This document shows positions 39,845 to 52,569 of a DNA stretch of 64,000 bases, in pieces. The stretch comes from Octopus vulgaris (taxonomy: Eukaryota): assembly GCA_951406725.2 (NCBI GenBank), contig OX597819.1, forward strand, positions 10,726,001 through 10,790,000, written 5' to 3'. The first letter of the stretch is position 1. Every line of letters begins with the position of its first letter. The notes beneath the pieces were generated by a model. That model was not told the DNA's origin. It made no database searches and saw only the letters and a program-made list of their open reading frames with translations. Made by a program: the position numbers and the translations under genes.

Positions 39845-40305
39845 AAAAATGTATTTTCATGTAGGTTCATATTTTGTTTTCAATTGAATAAATTGACATT
39901 TTATTCATACTATATAATTTTTCTTCAGATTTATTGCGCATTTCTTGTTTCAAAAGAATAAAAAAAAAAAAAAGACAGAGAGACAGACAGACAAGTAAGT
40001 AAGTTAGTGTTAACATGTTTAATAGATGATATATTAAAGAGTTAACTAGAAATAAAAAATATATATTAGCCAACTTTTTATTTTACTGGGAGACAACTCC
40101 TGGCATGTTTCGTGTTATTCTGACCTTAATGTAATCAAATGTCACATATTAAATATTGTTTGTTTTTTTTTTCACAGCTTTTGCATTTTCCCATGACTGT
40201 CACCATCCAATGCCCTTATTACGAATTTGAATTGGGAGCTTGAGTCATATCTCTGTGGATGTGTTGCAGTTACTCTCTTGATATTGCCTGGTGATCCTGA
40301 CCATT

Positions 40306-40734
40306 AGGCGCAGGAGTGGCTGTGTGGTAAGTAGCTAGCTAACCAACCACATGGTTCTGGGTTCAGTCCCACTGCGTGGCATCTTGGGCAAGTGTCTTCT
40401 GCTATAGCCCTGGGCCGATCAATGCCTTGTGAGTGGATTTGGTAGACGGAAACTGAAAGAAGCTTGTCGTAGATATGTATATATATATATATGTATGTGT
40501 GTGTGTTTGTGTGTCTGTGTTTGTCCCCCCAACATCGCTTGACAACCGATGCTGGTGTGTTTATGTCCCCGTCACTTAGCGGTTCGGCAAAAGAGACCGA
40601 TAGAATAAGTACTGGGCTTACATAGAATACTGGGCTTACATAGAATAAGTCCCGGGGTCGATTTGCTCGACTAAAGGCGGTGCTCCAGCATGGCTGCAGT
40701 CAAATGACTGAAACAAGTAAAAGAGTAAAGAGTA
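40306..40734 (+). mobile_element. SINE family A, full length (internal 18-bp tandem duplication TACTGGGCTTACATAGAA)
   Basis: Direct match to family A. Confidence 0.93.
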
Positions 40735-41456
40735 AGCGTATTAATCTAGGATTCTTCTGCTCAGCATCAATGTAAGAAGCACCATTGGCTCAGTTGAGCT
40801 CTTCCGCTACCTCTTCACAACATATCACGCTGCAGTCCCACACATATCAATAGAATATATTTATTAACAATAAATAAATAAATAAATAGATAAATAAAAT
40901 TCCAGTTGGACTTGAACTAAGAGGCTGAAATTCAGAAAAATGTCCACTGTTTGCATAACTCAACTGGCCTATTTTAATGGAAAAAGGAAAATGGTGAGAT
41001 TAAAATAGTTGGCAACAGATTCAACAGTCATCATTCAGAAATCACATCAAAAATATGACATAGACAACAACTAAAACTGTTATTTCTTTTCCTGACAAAC
41101 CATGACAGAATTGCTCCAATGGAAGAAATAGTGATTCCTCTTTTTTAGTCAAGGCCATTGAGTGGTGGCAAAAGGATTGCTAAGGCACTGATGTCAAAGG
41201 TCTTTTCTTAGCTTCTCCAACAGAGTTGATCCAATGAAAGAGGAGGGGGTAGAGAAAAACAGAGACATAAAAAGAAGAGTCTGACACCAATACTTGGCAG
41301 GTATTTCATCAATTTCTATGGATGAAGAGCAATATCAACCCCAGTAAGATATGGATTCAAAATGAAAAGAGCCTAAATGAATGTTGTAAGACATTGTCTT
41401 GAAAGAGCTCTGATGAATCTGCCAATTTATCAGCTTATGATTATATAAATATACAT

Positions 41457-41726
41457 AGTGTCAATCTGTTTGTCTGTCAGCCAGTGTGTATGTGAGTGTC
41501 TGTGTGTATGTACACACACCCAGATGCTGCCACAAACAAACAGAACTTCTTCAAACCTACATACACTACCACAGATAGACAGACACTGCTACAGTGTCAA
41601 TCTGTTTGTCTGTCAGCCAGTATGTATGTGAGTGTCTGTGTGTATGTACACACACCCAGATGCTGCCACAAACAAACAGAACTTCTCCAAACCTACGTAC
41701 ACTACCACAGATAGACAGACACTGCT
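41457..41726. repeat. Tandem duplication, 136-bp period, two units
   Basis: AGTGTCAATCTGTTTG...GATAGACAGACACTGCT at 41457-41590 and 41593-41726. Confidence 0.93.
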
Positions 41727-42044
41727 TACAGACAGATACACACTTTTAAGCAGGCTGACAACCAATGGTACAGACAAAGTAAGAATGCTAGACAGAAACA
41801 CATGTGAATATGCAAAGACGTTTCAGTTTGAATAACAAAAAGAAAATGTGATGTCATGAGGAGATGAGATATGCAGTACAGCTGGTAGTTGAAACCTGTT
41901 AGCAGACACATCGCACAAAGAACATAGCAAAACTATAAGACATCAACAACAACAACAATCATTTTTTTTATTGACATATGATGACAGGAGTGCTGGAGTA
42001 TGAATCTATATCTTCAGAAAGAATGATAATAATAATACTAATGA

Positions 42045-42500
42045 TCCTTTCTACTATAGGTACAAAGCCTGAAATTTTGGGGGAAGGGGCTAGTTGATTG
42101 CATCAATCCCAGTGTTCAACTGATACTTATTTTATCAGGGTGGTGAGCTGGCAGAAACGTTAGCACGACGGGCGAAATGTTTAGCGGTATTTCGTCTGCC
42201 ATTACGTTCTGAGTTCGAATTCCGCCGAGGTCAACTTTGCCTTTCATCCTTTCGGGGTCGATTAAATGAGTACCAGTTACACACTGGAGTCGATAATCGA
42301 CTTAATCTGTTTGTCTGTCCTTGTTTGTCCCCTCTGTGTTTAGCCCCTTGTGGGTAGTAAAGAAATAGATACTTATTTTATCAACTCTCAAAGGATGAAA
42401 GGCAAAGTCAACCTTGGCAGAGTTTGAACTCAGAATGTAAAGATGGACGAAATGCCAGTAAGCATTTTGCCTGGTATGCTAACAATTCTGCCAGTTCACC
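42045..42500 (-). mobile_element. Older family-B-related SINE (minus) interrupted by a younger family B copy
   Basis: 42368-42500 is the reverse complement of the B head and core (GGATGAAAGGCAAAGTCAACC...TTCTGCCAG); it continues at 42045-42137. Confidence 0.7.
42139..42367 (+). mobile_element. SINE family B, full length with 16-bp TSD
   Basis: TSD GATACTTATTTTATCA at 42122-42137 and 42368-42383. Confidence 0.92.
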
Positions 42501-42636
42501 ATTATAAATAATAATAGCAACAGCAATAATGATAATGATGATGATTTATTTTTCTTATCTTACAACACTGTTTTGAGTGGGATGGGGTGGGGGAGAAGGT
42601 TGGCAAGCTTCTAGTGTCGGTGAGAGAAGCGTTATA

Positions 42637-42824
42637 TACTCTTTACTCTTTTACTTGTTTCAGTCATTTGACTGCGGCCATGCTGGAGCACCGCCTTTAG
42701 TCGAGCAAATCGACCCTGGGACTTATTCTATCGGTCTCTTTTGCCGAACCGCTAAGTGACGGGGACATAAACACATCAGCATCGGTTGTCAAGCAATGCT
42801 AGGGGGACAAACACAGACACACAA

Positions 42825-42875
<51 letters not shown>

Positions 42876-43010
42876 TACGACAGGCTTCTTTCAGTTTCCG
42901 TCTACCAAATCCAATCACAAGGCATTGGTCGGCCCGGGGCTATAGCAGAAGACACTTGCCCAAGATGCCACGCAGTGGGACTGAACCCAGAACCATGTGG
43001 TTGGTTAGCA
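42637..43010 (-). mobile_element. SINE family A, slightly 5'-truncated, with a small internal deletion
   Basis: Reverse complement of family A; deletion between the two CTTATTCT repeats. Confidence 0.9.
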
Positions 43011-43069
43011 CATATCAAATACTGGTTATCAAATACTGTAACTTGTTGCAAAGTTATAATAATGATGAT

Positions 43070-44365
43070 GTAAAACAATGAGCATGTTTGGAGTGACAGA
43101 AAATATGGAGAAACCGGTCAATGAAAGTATGAAACATTGGAACACTGACTTGACTGGAGGGAAACAAAAACTTGGGAAGGTGAACATCAGATGTGGCAGA
43201 AACGTTAGCACACCGGGCGAAATGCTTAGCGGTATTTCGTCTGCGTTACGTTGTGAGTTCAAATTCCGCCGAGGTTGACTTTGCCTTTCATCCTTTCGGG
43301 GTCGATAAATTAAGTACCAGTTATGCACTGGGGTCGATGTAATCGACTTAATACCTATGTCTGTCCTTGTTTGTCCACTCTGTGTTTGGCCCCTTGTGGG
43401 TAATAAAGAAATAGGTACATTCAAAGTCGATAGCTTATCTCCATTACTATTTGTATTGGAAATCAAAATAGCTTATGATTTGGGAAAAGGGTATGATCAG
43501 ATCAACCATTTCTTATTCAAGGATAATTTAAAGCTTTATGCAAAAAAAAAAAAAAAGAATGAGAAGCTCGAAAGTTTTGTACACTTATGTATTTTCTCAA
43601 TTGATGTAGGAATGGAATTTGGGCTTGAAAAGTGCATGATTTTAAGAATGAAATGGATAAGATTTGTGAAGCAAGTGAACTGAAATGCTGAATAGGCAAA
43701 TAGTGAAATCAGTTGAGAAAGGACAGTAGTATAAATATTTAGGAATCCTGGAAGCGGATGAAACAAAATATGAAGAGAGTGAGGAAAATATTAGTCATCA
43801 AGAAATAATATTGAAGTAATTAATTCAAGAGCAGTAGCAATTAGCATATGGACTTGATTATTCACAGAACAGCCCAGAAAAGTTAATAAAAGCAGTGAAT
43901 AAAAACTAGGTCATCAAGGCTGGAAAAGGTGAAAAGGATAAAAATGAAATTCAAAGAGAACATGTTTAACAGATTGAAGTGAGACTTTTTCATGGTCGGT
44001 CTTGGAAAGCCACTGAAGATGTGCGTAGAACAAACCTCTGGGCTTGGTTGAGAAAGAGACAACTGACACAAATAAAAAACAAAAACAACAGCGAAAAAAA
44101 AATAAAAGGGAACTTTATTGTGGCAACTTAAGATCAAGTAGTGTAAACAAACAATTTGAGAAAATATGGTATGGGGAGAAGGTGCTGGTAAAATATAGAG
44201 GGTGTGGAGTTTGGGATGGAACAATGGCACTCATTGTTGCAGAATGCTGAAAGTTGGTCCCGAATCTAAGAAATGGAACATGATCAAGTTGTGAAAGTTT
44301 TACACAGGATGCTTTGTCAAAAATGGGGGTTTGAAGCAGAAAGTACATGGTACTTTCAGAAAATA
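43070..44365 (+). pseudogene. Decayed R4/Dong-like LINE (RT and C-terminal Cys region), interrupted by SINE B
   Basis: DSLSPLLFVL, QINHFLFKDNLKLYAK, FSIDVGMEFGLEKC, YKYLGILEA, and near 44190-44250 a CCHC-like remnant ending ALIVAEC; related to 14030-15340. Confidence 0.75.
43194..43413 (+). mobile_element. SINE family B inserted in the LINE fossil
   Basis: TGGCAGAAACGTTAGC...GTAATAAAGAAATA. Confidence 0.9.
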
Positions 44366-44369
44366 TTAC

Positions 44370-44514
44370 AAGGAGTGGCTGTGTGGTAAGTAGCTTGCTA
44401 ACCAACCACATGGTTCTGGGTTCAATCCCACTGCGTGGCATCTTGGGCAAGTGTCTTCAGCTATAGCCCCGGGCTGACCAATGCCTTGTGAGTGGATTTG
44501 GTAGACGGAAACTG
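44370..44514 (+). mobile_element. SINE family A 5' half, fused to a Helitron fragment
   Basis: AGGAGTGGCTGTGTGG...GTAGACGGAAACTG, then switches to Helitron sequence. Confidence 0.88.
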
Positions 44515-44590
44515 CACCGCAAAATGTGGGAGTAGTTTGGAATCTAAATCGTAGGAGATAGACACACAACTTCACTATTATATATAAAGA
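44509..44590 (-). mobile_element. Non-autonomous Helitron 5'-end fragment
   Basis: AAACTGCACCGCAAAATGTGGGAGTAG...TATATATAAAGA matches 61373-61454. Confidence 0.8.
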
Positions 44591-45221
44591 TTATGCCCCC
44601 TACACACACATACATACACAAATTCATACACTCCTCCTACACACAATCCCCCATTCAGTTTTGTTTTAAATATATTTTAACTGAAAGATAACAGCCAATA
44701 AGTAAAGTACATTAACAAGAAGGTGTTTAAGTAAACAAAATCTTAACGTGACAGCCTGTAAATTCTCACTAATTCTTTACACTGTTAAGTAGATAAAGAT
44801 CAATAGCGATAATATATTGGAAATAATGAAAGCTATACTATAGTATCATCATGAAATGCCACAAATATAAGATTTATTCAATATTTTCAAGAAGAACCAA
44901 CAGAAAACACTCATCTGCATGCTACAAGAACCAGTGTATAAGCAAGTATTAACCCAGTGAGATAGAATGATAAGAGTAACAAGATAGCAGCAGTGGAACT
45001 AGGGCTAGAATACTAAAACACATGTTCTGACTATTCTAGCAAGTGTTTAATTTTATAGGATCATGCCAACTTAATGGTGGAGGGGGGGTAAGCAGAGGAA
45101 AATGTCAAGTGTAAAAAAACTGTTTATATTTTCAAAGAACCAAAGTAAAATAGGAGTGACTATGTGCTTAGAAAACATAAAAGTAGTATTGTGTTCAGTT
45201 GCAAGAATAAGTGCCGTGCGC

Positions 45222-45252
<31 letters not shown>

Positions 45253-45255
45253 CCA

Positions 45256-45420
45256 GGTGCAGGCATGGCTGTGTGGTGAGAAGTTTTCCTTTCCAACAAC
45301 ATGGTTCTGGGTTCACTCCCACTGCATGGCACTTGAGCAGTGTCTTCTACTATAGCCCCAGCCCAACTAAAGCTGGGTGAGTGGATTTTGGTGGACAGAA
45401 ACTGGAGGAAGCCTCTGAGT
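45256..45420 (+). mobile_element. SINE family A, degenerate 5' half
   Basis: GGTGCAGGCATGGCTGTGTGG...ATGGTTCTGGGTTCACTCCCACTGCATGGCAC. Confidence 0.75.
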
Positions 45421-45658
45421 GTGTGTGTGTGTGAGTGTATATATATATATAAAAGGGTGTTACCTCTTATTTTTTTACAAAATAGGTGCTATTCAACACT
45501 CTCAGCCACAGTGATGATTAAATTTTTCCTTTATGGTCTTATACTCTGCCTAGTTATATATATATATATGTGAGTGTGTATGTATGTGTGTGTGTATGTT
45601 ACTGTTTCCTTGTCTTGACATCACATGATAGTTGTGTATGCATGTGTGTGTATGTATA

Positions 45659-45950
45659 CAGGGTGTCTCCCTCCAAAAAATGTATACACACTTTAGCAGC
45701 TGATAACTCAACTAACGTTTTTCCTTTCCAGATGAAACTCATTGGAATTAATGATGACAGTCAGACTAAGCTTTGAACATAGGAAATTCATTCTAAAATG
45801 CTACTAGAAGTGTGAAAACACAATTGATGTGCAAAGACAGTTTACGAGAGAGTTTCAAACAGATGCACCAATGTAACTCACCATCACTCGAATTAGAGAT
45901 AAGTTTGAAGCCGATGGAACTGCTCAGAATGTCTACGAGAAGCATCATCC
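45659..45950 (+). pseudogene. Tc1/mariner-superfamily element, left end and N-terminal HTH remnant
   Basis: TA|CAGGGTGT end; + strand from 45781 reads RKFILKCY*KCENTIDVQRQFTREFQTDAPM*LTITRIRDKFEADGTAQNV. Confidence 0.65.
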
Positions 45951-46205
45951 GAACATGGCCGATGCCAGCGCTGCCTTGAATGGTTTCTGTGATGGTGGCA
46001 CGTGACCTGCTGTGCTTGAGGAGACTTATTGAGTCAAGTACATCAACATCAAAATAAATATCAAATGGAAATTGTAGTTGTGATACCTGTGCCAGTGGCA
46101 TGTAAAAAGCACCATCCAAACGTGGCCGATGCCAGCGCCGCCTTGACTGGCTTCTGTGCCAGTGGCACATAAAAAACACCAACCAATCGTGGCCGTTGCC
46201 AGCCT
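45950..46205 (+). mobile_element. RTE 3' UTR (family E) internal fragment with tandem units
   Basis: GTGGCATGTAAAAAGCACCATCC..CGTGGCCGATGCCAGC units. Confidence 0.7.
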
Positions 46206-48156
46206 CTAAGAAGACATTAGATAATAATAATCCTAGATATACTTCCCCACTAAAACCTATAACGATATTCATGTTTATGGTAGGACTCTCTATATAGATT
46301 TCCTTAATCTGGGTTTGACCTCAAACTGGACAATGACCACAGCTTGACCTTTCAATCCTTGCAAAGAGAGGAGGGTAGTGTGTTAAATTAGAACCAATTA
46401 TATACTGGAGCTGATTCAATCAATTATACCTTTCCTTGTATCTTTGTTAAGACATTATCATTGTTGTTTAGTTATCATTTTTGCCCCAGCTCAGCATGTG
46501 CAGCCCTAGGTCAGTCCAAATCAAGCAAATCTATAATCAAAGACATTCCATTCCTGACCATCTTGTCTTTTTCATTTGTGGAGGAGCCCAGAATGTGGTT
46601 CTGCATGTGTGTAAGAAAGCCAGAACTAAATCATCTAATGATTATTTTTATGACAGCAAGGTAGATTTTTGCCATGGTTTCTAGCAGGTTTTGTTGGCTT
46701 ATATAATACTCAGTAGTAGTAGATGCCAGAATCAGTTGAGTTCAGGACAAAATAATTTTGTGATGCTTCATTAAATCCCTTTAAATTCTGAGTTCAAATC
46801 CTACCAAAGCCATCATAGCCAGTCGGATGACAGAGAGCATCAAAATAAGTACCAGTCAAGTACTGTGATCGATTTAATTGACTAAGCCCTTCAACCTAAA
46901 AGTGGTTGATGTCGTATGAATTAGTATTCAGTATCAGTAATAGTTCTATAAACTTTTGATATTTTACATTTATTCTCAGAGAACAGGAGTTTTGTTGATT
47001 TTTTAAAAAAAATTTTGTTTTTATTTCAAATTGTCCTTAACACTAATAAACTACTTCGTCTCAAATTTTTGTAAAAGACTGGCTATTAAATGAAGGGAAC
47101 TAATTAGTAAAATTTCCAACTCCAATAAATCAATCATAATTCTCAATAAATTAGGTATCGTTTCCAGTTCCAATAAATCAGACTAGTGATAGAGGTCACT
47201 AAAATTTATTTATCATATAATAGTACTAAAAGGTATGATTAATATTTAATTAAAAGCTAATTAATATTTTAATTAGTATGAGAAATTTTTGAAGCATTAT
47301 TCTACGTAAGATGAATATTTTAATATAAACTTTAAAAAGAAAACAAAACACTTTTGATAACTTTACATTCACGGGTTGAATGATTTTGAAATTCATATAT
47401 GTATATATGTATATATATATATAGTTCACTATTGTTAGTACATAGAGCTTATCATCATCTTTATCGTTCCTTTTCATCATTATCATTTTAATAATTAGAT
47501 GGAAAATTGGCAGAGTTGTTAGAGTGCAGAGAACTGAAACTAATTATCTGACACTCTGAGTTCAAATCCTACCAAAGCTATCTTTGCTTTTTATCCTTTA
47601 TTAAAAGTAAAAGGCAAGCTAAATCTTTAAAAAAAGATAAAGAGCTGGCCAAAACTTCAAAGTCACTGTCAACAACATTCCTGATGTCATCAAAAATTAC
47701 AAACTAAACTGGCTTTTCTTAGAATATCAAATTTCCTCTTCCGGTTCTTTTTGCATGCATTTGTCTTCTGAAGACATTTTCTTAGTTCACTTTGAATGTA
47801 ACCAATTTTGGGTTACCTTGATAATGTTGTGTTAACATATATTTTGGGATATATCACTTTGACTGATATTGTCTGTATCTAAATATGTTGATACAACAGA
47901 AACATTTGTCGGTATTGTATGGTGTAATAACCAATTAGAGATGGGATTTTCTCTATTCTTATTTCTGTTGTCTTATACTCAGAATTTCTTGAAATTCTTC
48001 TAAACACTATTTGGATTTACTTGTCATACATTACCTTGGATGTTTTCTTCTACTTGCATCTATTGGAATCTGATTGTTGGATATAGTTAACCAAATTTGC
48101 TTAACACTGAGTGCTTTATAGATATCTGCCTGGATTTTTAAAGCTCTTTTCTTATA

Positions 48157-48476
48157 TCATCATCATCATCATTTAGCGTCCACTTTCCATGCTAGCATGG
48201 GTTGGACGGTTCAACTGGGGTCTGGGAAGCCAGAAGGCTGCATCAGGCCCAGTCTGATCTGGCAGTGTTTCTACGGCTGGATGCCCTTCCTAACGCCAAC
48301 CACTCCACGAGTGTAGTGGGTGCTTTTTACGTGCCACCCGCACAGGTGCCAGATGGAGCTGGCAAACGGCCACGGACGGATGGTGCTTTTTACATGCCAC
48401 CAGCACGGGGGCCAGGCGAAGCTGGCAACGGCCACGATCGGATGGTGCTTTTTACGTGCCACCGGCATGGGGGCCA
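48157..48476 (-). mobile_element. RTE LINE 3' end (family E)
   Basis: (CAT)n plus the family E body and three ~55-bp units. Confidence 0.85.
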
Positions 48477-48707
48477 CACACACACATAGGTAACTGCCGC
48501 TGTGGAGTATGTCACTATTTATTAGAAGGCCCTGAATTCCATTTCAAAGTAAAATCTATTTTGAAAATAGTAGTATGCAAAAATTATTTATATGCAGACT
48601 TGGGGATTTTTCTGGTATAAATTTCTGATAGTGTAATGTCAATCTTTTACAATGTCATGTTTGTTTGGCCAATATAATATTCTCAGCAATAATTGCAATT
48701 TAACATA

Positions 48708-49140
48708 TGAGGTCTGATCAATAAGTACCCAGACTGGTGCCATAAAAACAAAACTACAACAGGTACCAATTTGGCATTTAAGCTCCTTCAAGGTGATCTC
48801 TTTCGGAAGCCACACACTTAATCCAGGGCTGTTTCCATTGATGGAAGCATTCTTGGAACTCATTTTCTGGGATAATCAGCAGCTGCATCGTTGCATTCAC
48901 TTTGATTTCCTCGACGTCCTGAAATCTTCCTTTCAAGCGGGATTTGATGTTTGAAAGAGGAGAAAGTCGCAGGGGCAAGATCTGGGGAATATGGTGGCTG
49001 TTGGACCTGTGGAATGCTGAGCCTAGTCAAAAACTGCTGCACAAACTGTGCTGAATGGGCAAGTGCATTGTCATGGTGAAACTGTCACTCACTGGACATA
49101 TGCAATTGTGGCCTTTTCCAATGAATAGCATCCTGCAATT
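48708..49140 (-). pseudogene. Mariner transposase fossil, C-terminus plus terminal repeat
   Basis: Minus strand QFHHDNALAH, QPPYSPDLAP, LKGRFQDVEEIK...FQECFHQWKQPWIKCV; end TA|TGAGGTCTGATCAATAAGT at 48706. Confidence 0.88.
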
Positions 49141-50213
49141 GCTTTTTGTTCTTTGAAGTTGCTAGATATCAATAATTTGCTTCACCTTCTCAATAATCTG
49201 TGATTATTTTGTGATCCTGAAGATTCTCAATAGAGTTAAAACTGGTTGACTACTTTTAGCTTTACATTGTATTTGAAAATCATATTTAATTAATTTTCAA
49301 GTATTAATTATCCTATGTTGTAATTTGTGTGGATATTTTATTTAAAGACTTTTCATTTAAACATGTATGCGGGTGAGTATTTCACAGACATTTGTATTTA
49401 ACATAATTCTCAGTGTTACACAGTGTGTGACATAATTGGCTATTTGACTATTGTTGGTAGTTCATCCAATGAACTTCCATATACTTTCAGTTTACCCAAT
49501 TTCAAGGATTTTGTTGACCTTGAGCTAAGATGTTCCAAAGTGGGTTCAAACAGGAGACATCATGATTTATAAGCAAAATTCTAAAACACCAGGCACACAC
49601 ACACAAATATTTTCTACTTCCAGGCCAGTCCCAACTGAGCAGCTTTATGATTTAAAAGAGGTCCAGACATGAACATTCTTTTTTTTTTTCTACATATAGA
49701 ACTACATTGCTCAATGTCCTGTTAAGGTGGTTGGGGTATAATTTGAGAAATATTTACTATCATTTCTAGCAGCCCCCCCCCCCACACAGAATAAAAATTA
49801 TTAACTTATCATCTGTTTAAGTATGGTTCATTTTACGGCCCAAAAGTATTTGTCCAAATATTTATGTCAAGGCATTTATTAAAATTTGATGCCTTAGCAC
49901 AAAACTCTAGCTCTTTAAATCACTTCTGTAGCAATCTCAGTTACTAAAAGATTATATAGACTGACTCTGCTTTACATGATGAATTCTCTCTTTCTCATTT
50001 GTAAACCAAACACAGATCCTAAAACCAAAGTGCCACATAAAAAGCACTGGTGTGGGTGCCAACGCCATGTAATAAGCACCAGTACACTCTATAAAGTGGT
50101 TGGTGTTAAGGCATGCAGCCATAGCAACGGAGCCAAAGCAGAGTATGGAACCTGGAATGAACCTTGGCCTTGCCAGTTCTTATCAAGCATGGAAAATAGA
50201 TATTAAATGATGA

Positions 50214-50500
50214 TTATATGGTTGGTGCGACATGGATGGACAGGATGAGGAATGAGGAGGTGCGAAGACAAGCAGGAATGAGAGAAAAACTAACAACCAA
50301 ATTGGATAGATGAATGTTGAGGTGGTTTGGCCACATGGAGAGGATGGATGAGGAGTGGATGGTAAGGAGGGTGATGAAGGCAGAAATGGTGGGCAGCAGA
50401 ACCAGAGGCAGATCTCGGTTTGTGTGGATGGATGGAGTGAGGAAAGCTTTGGTGGTTAGGTGTTGGAGTGAGAGAGGCAAAAGAGTTTATAAATGATAGG
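50214..50500 (+). pseudogene. RTE-clade LINE C-terminal coding remnant (different family from 23072-23945)
   Basis: TWMDRMRNEEVRRQAG...LRWFGHMERMDEEWMVRRVM...GSRTRGRSRFVWMDGVRKAL. Confidence 0.85.
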
Positions 50501-50895
50501 AAAGCTTCCAGAGTAGTGCCCCAGCATGGCCGTGGCCTTCATGCTAAAACATTTTTAAGGATTTAAGTATTTGTGGATGGATGAGTGAATTTTGATGTTG
50601 CTCAAAGGGGTAGGGAACCAGCATGATTTGGCAGGGATAAACAAGCATATGTTGTCGGCCCCCACTGCTGAGATTGGGGGATGCATTCTATGCCTTGGCT
50701 CGAGCATAGAACTTTGAGCTGGGAAATGAATGGAATGCCTGATGTGTCTTGTTGCTACCCACTCCTAAAAAAAAATGGGGAATAGGCCTGAGTATATATA
50801 TATGTGTATGTATAAACTTGTAGTACAATATATGGATTCACACAGCCCTATGCAATCACAGGAACCTCCTCTAGAGGACCCCAGCTATCGGTGCA

Positions 50896-51036
50896 GTGGC
50901 GTTAGGAAGGGCATCCAGCTGTAGAAACACTGCCAGATCTGACTGGCCTGGTGCAGCCTTCGGGCTTGCCAGACCCCAGTTGAACCGTCCAACCCATGCT
51001 AGCATGGAAAGCGGACGTTAAACGATGATGATGATG
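50896..51036 (+). mobile_element. RTE LINE 3' end (family E)
   Basis: TGGCGTTAGGAAGGGCATCCAGCTGTAG...GGACGTTAAAC(GAT)n. Confidence 0.85.
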
Positions 51037-51257
51037 AAGGTTGTGAAATGGTCATCAGCCTACAAATATCAAGTGGTTAAATAAATATATTCATCTCTTA
51101 TACCTCCTGGTGCACACACAGTAATTCTATATAAATAGAAATGTTCAATTGATATAATAGTATCTTTGCCACATCAACAAGAGATGTGTGGCTCACTTCC
51201 TTAAATTTAGCATTGCTTGTCGTGTTTACCATTTGACATATTATTTACAAATGCCAA

Positions 51258-51470
51258 GGGTGGCAAGTTAGAAGAATGGTTAGAACACTGGACGAAAATG
51301 CTCAGTGACATTTCTTTACATTCTGAGTTCAAATACTGCCAAGGTCAATTTTGCCTTTCATCCTTTCAGGGTTGATAAAATAAGGACCAGCTAAGCACTG
51401 GGGTTAATATAATGAACTTCTCTCTTCCCCCCAAAATTGCAAGCCTTGAGCCAAATTTAGAAAGGATTAT
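51258..51470 (+). mobile_element. Family-B-related SINE, old degenerate copy (similar relics near 33130-33310 and 37190-37385)
   Basis: TTCTGAGTTCAAATACTGCCAAGGTCAATTTTGCCTTTCATCCTTTCAGGGTTGATAAAATAAG. Confidence 0.7.
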
Positions 51471-51638
51471 TTACAAATGTAAAATGATTCATATCATTAA
51501 ATGTTAAAGGCTTCATAGTGCCAGATCCTGCTGTGATAGATCTTGCCTTCATCTCTGGTTCCCTACTTGAGATGGAAAAGGAAAAAAAAACACAACAGTC
51601 AAAAGTTTTGGCCTTAGTTCAAAATGTATTGAAACATA

Positions 51639-52045
51639 CAGGAGTGGCTGTGTGGTAAGTAGCTTGCTAACCAACCACATGGTTCTGGGTTCAGTCCCAC
51701 TGCGTGGCATCTTGGGCAAGTGTCTTCTACTATAGCCCCGGGCCGACCAATGACTTGTGAGTGGATTTGGTAGACGGAAACTGAAAGAAGCCCGTCGTAT
51801 ATATGTATATATATATAAGTGTGTGTGTATATGTTTGTGTGTCTGTGTTTGTCCCCCTAGCATTGCTTGACAACCGATGCTGGTGTGTTTACGTCCTCGT
51901 CACTTAGCGGTTCGGCAAAAGAGACCGATAGAATAAGTACTGGGCTTACAAAGAATAAGTCCCGGGGTTGATTTGCTTGACTAAAGGCGGTGCTCCAGCA
52001 TGGCTGCAGTCAAATGACTGAAACAAGTAAAAGAGTAAAAGAGTA
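51639..52045 (+). mobile_element. SINE family A, full length
   Basis: Direct match to family A. Confidence 0.92.
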
Positions 52046-52342
52046 AAACAAACTGGGACCGAAGAGAAGAATAACAAACAGATGATAACCTGGTAAGTCT
52101 TAGTCTCTAAACACAAATTTAAGAGAAAAACCAATTTTAATATTTTTAAAATGTTGGTTCAAGCAGCTGGGAAAAGCAATTTCTGTTTCATTCAATTACA
52201 TGTAAAAGTTCTAGTCACTTTTAAGAGAAACTCCATTAATGAAGACTGGAGAGAAATGAGGTGGATATCATATGTTGGATGTGAAGTATTACCTAACTCA
52301 GAGCACAAGTGGAATAGGAGAGTAACATGGTATCAAAGATAT

Positions 52343-52569
52343 GCGAGCTAGCAGAATTGTTAGCACGTCGGGCGAAATGCTTGGTGGTATTTCGTCTGCC
52401 GTTACGTTGTGAGTTCAAATTCCACTGAGGTCGACTTTGCCTTTCATCTTTTCGGGGTCGATAAATTAAGTACCAGTTAAGCACTGGGGTCGATATAATC
52501 GACTTAATACCTATGTCTGTCCATGTTTGTCCCCTCTATGTTTAGCCCCTTGTGGGTAATAAAGAAATA
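52343..52569 (+). mobile_element. SINE family B, full length
   Basis: GCGAGCTAGCAGAATTGTTAGCAC...AAAGAAATA. Confidence 0.9.

Noticed and set aside
47690-48150. Non-repetitive stretch that looked coding on the minus strand
   Set aside because: Stops in all frames I read and no recognisable motif.
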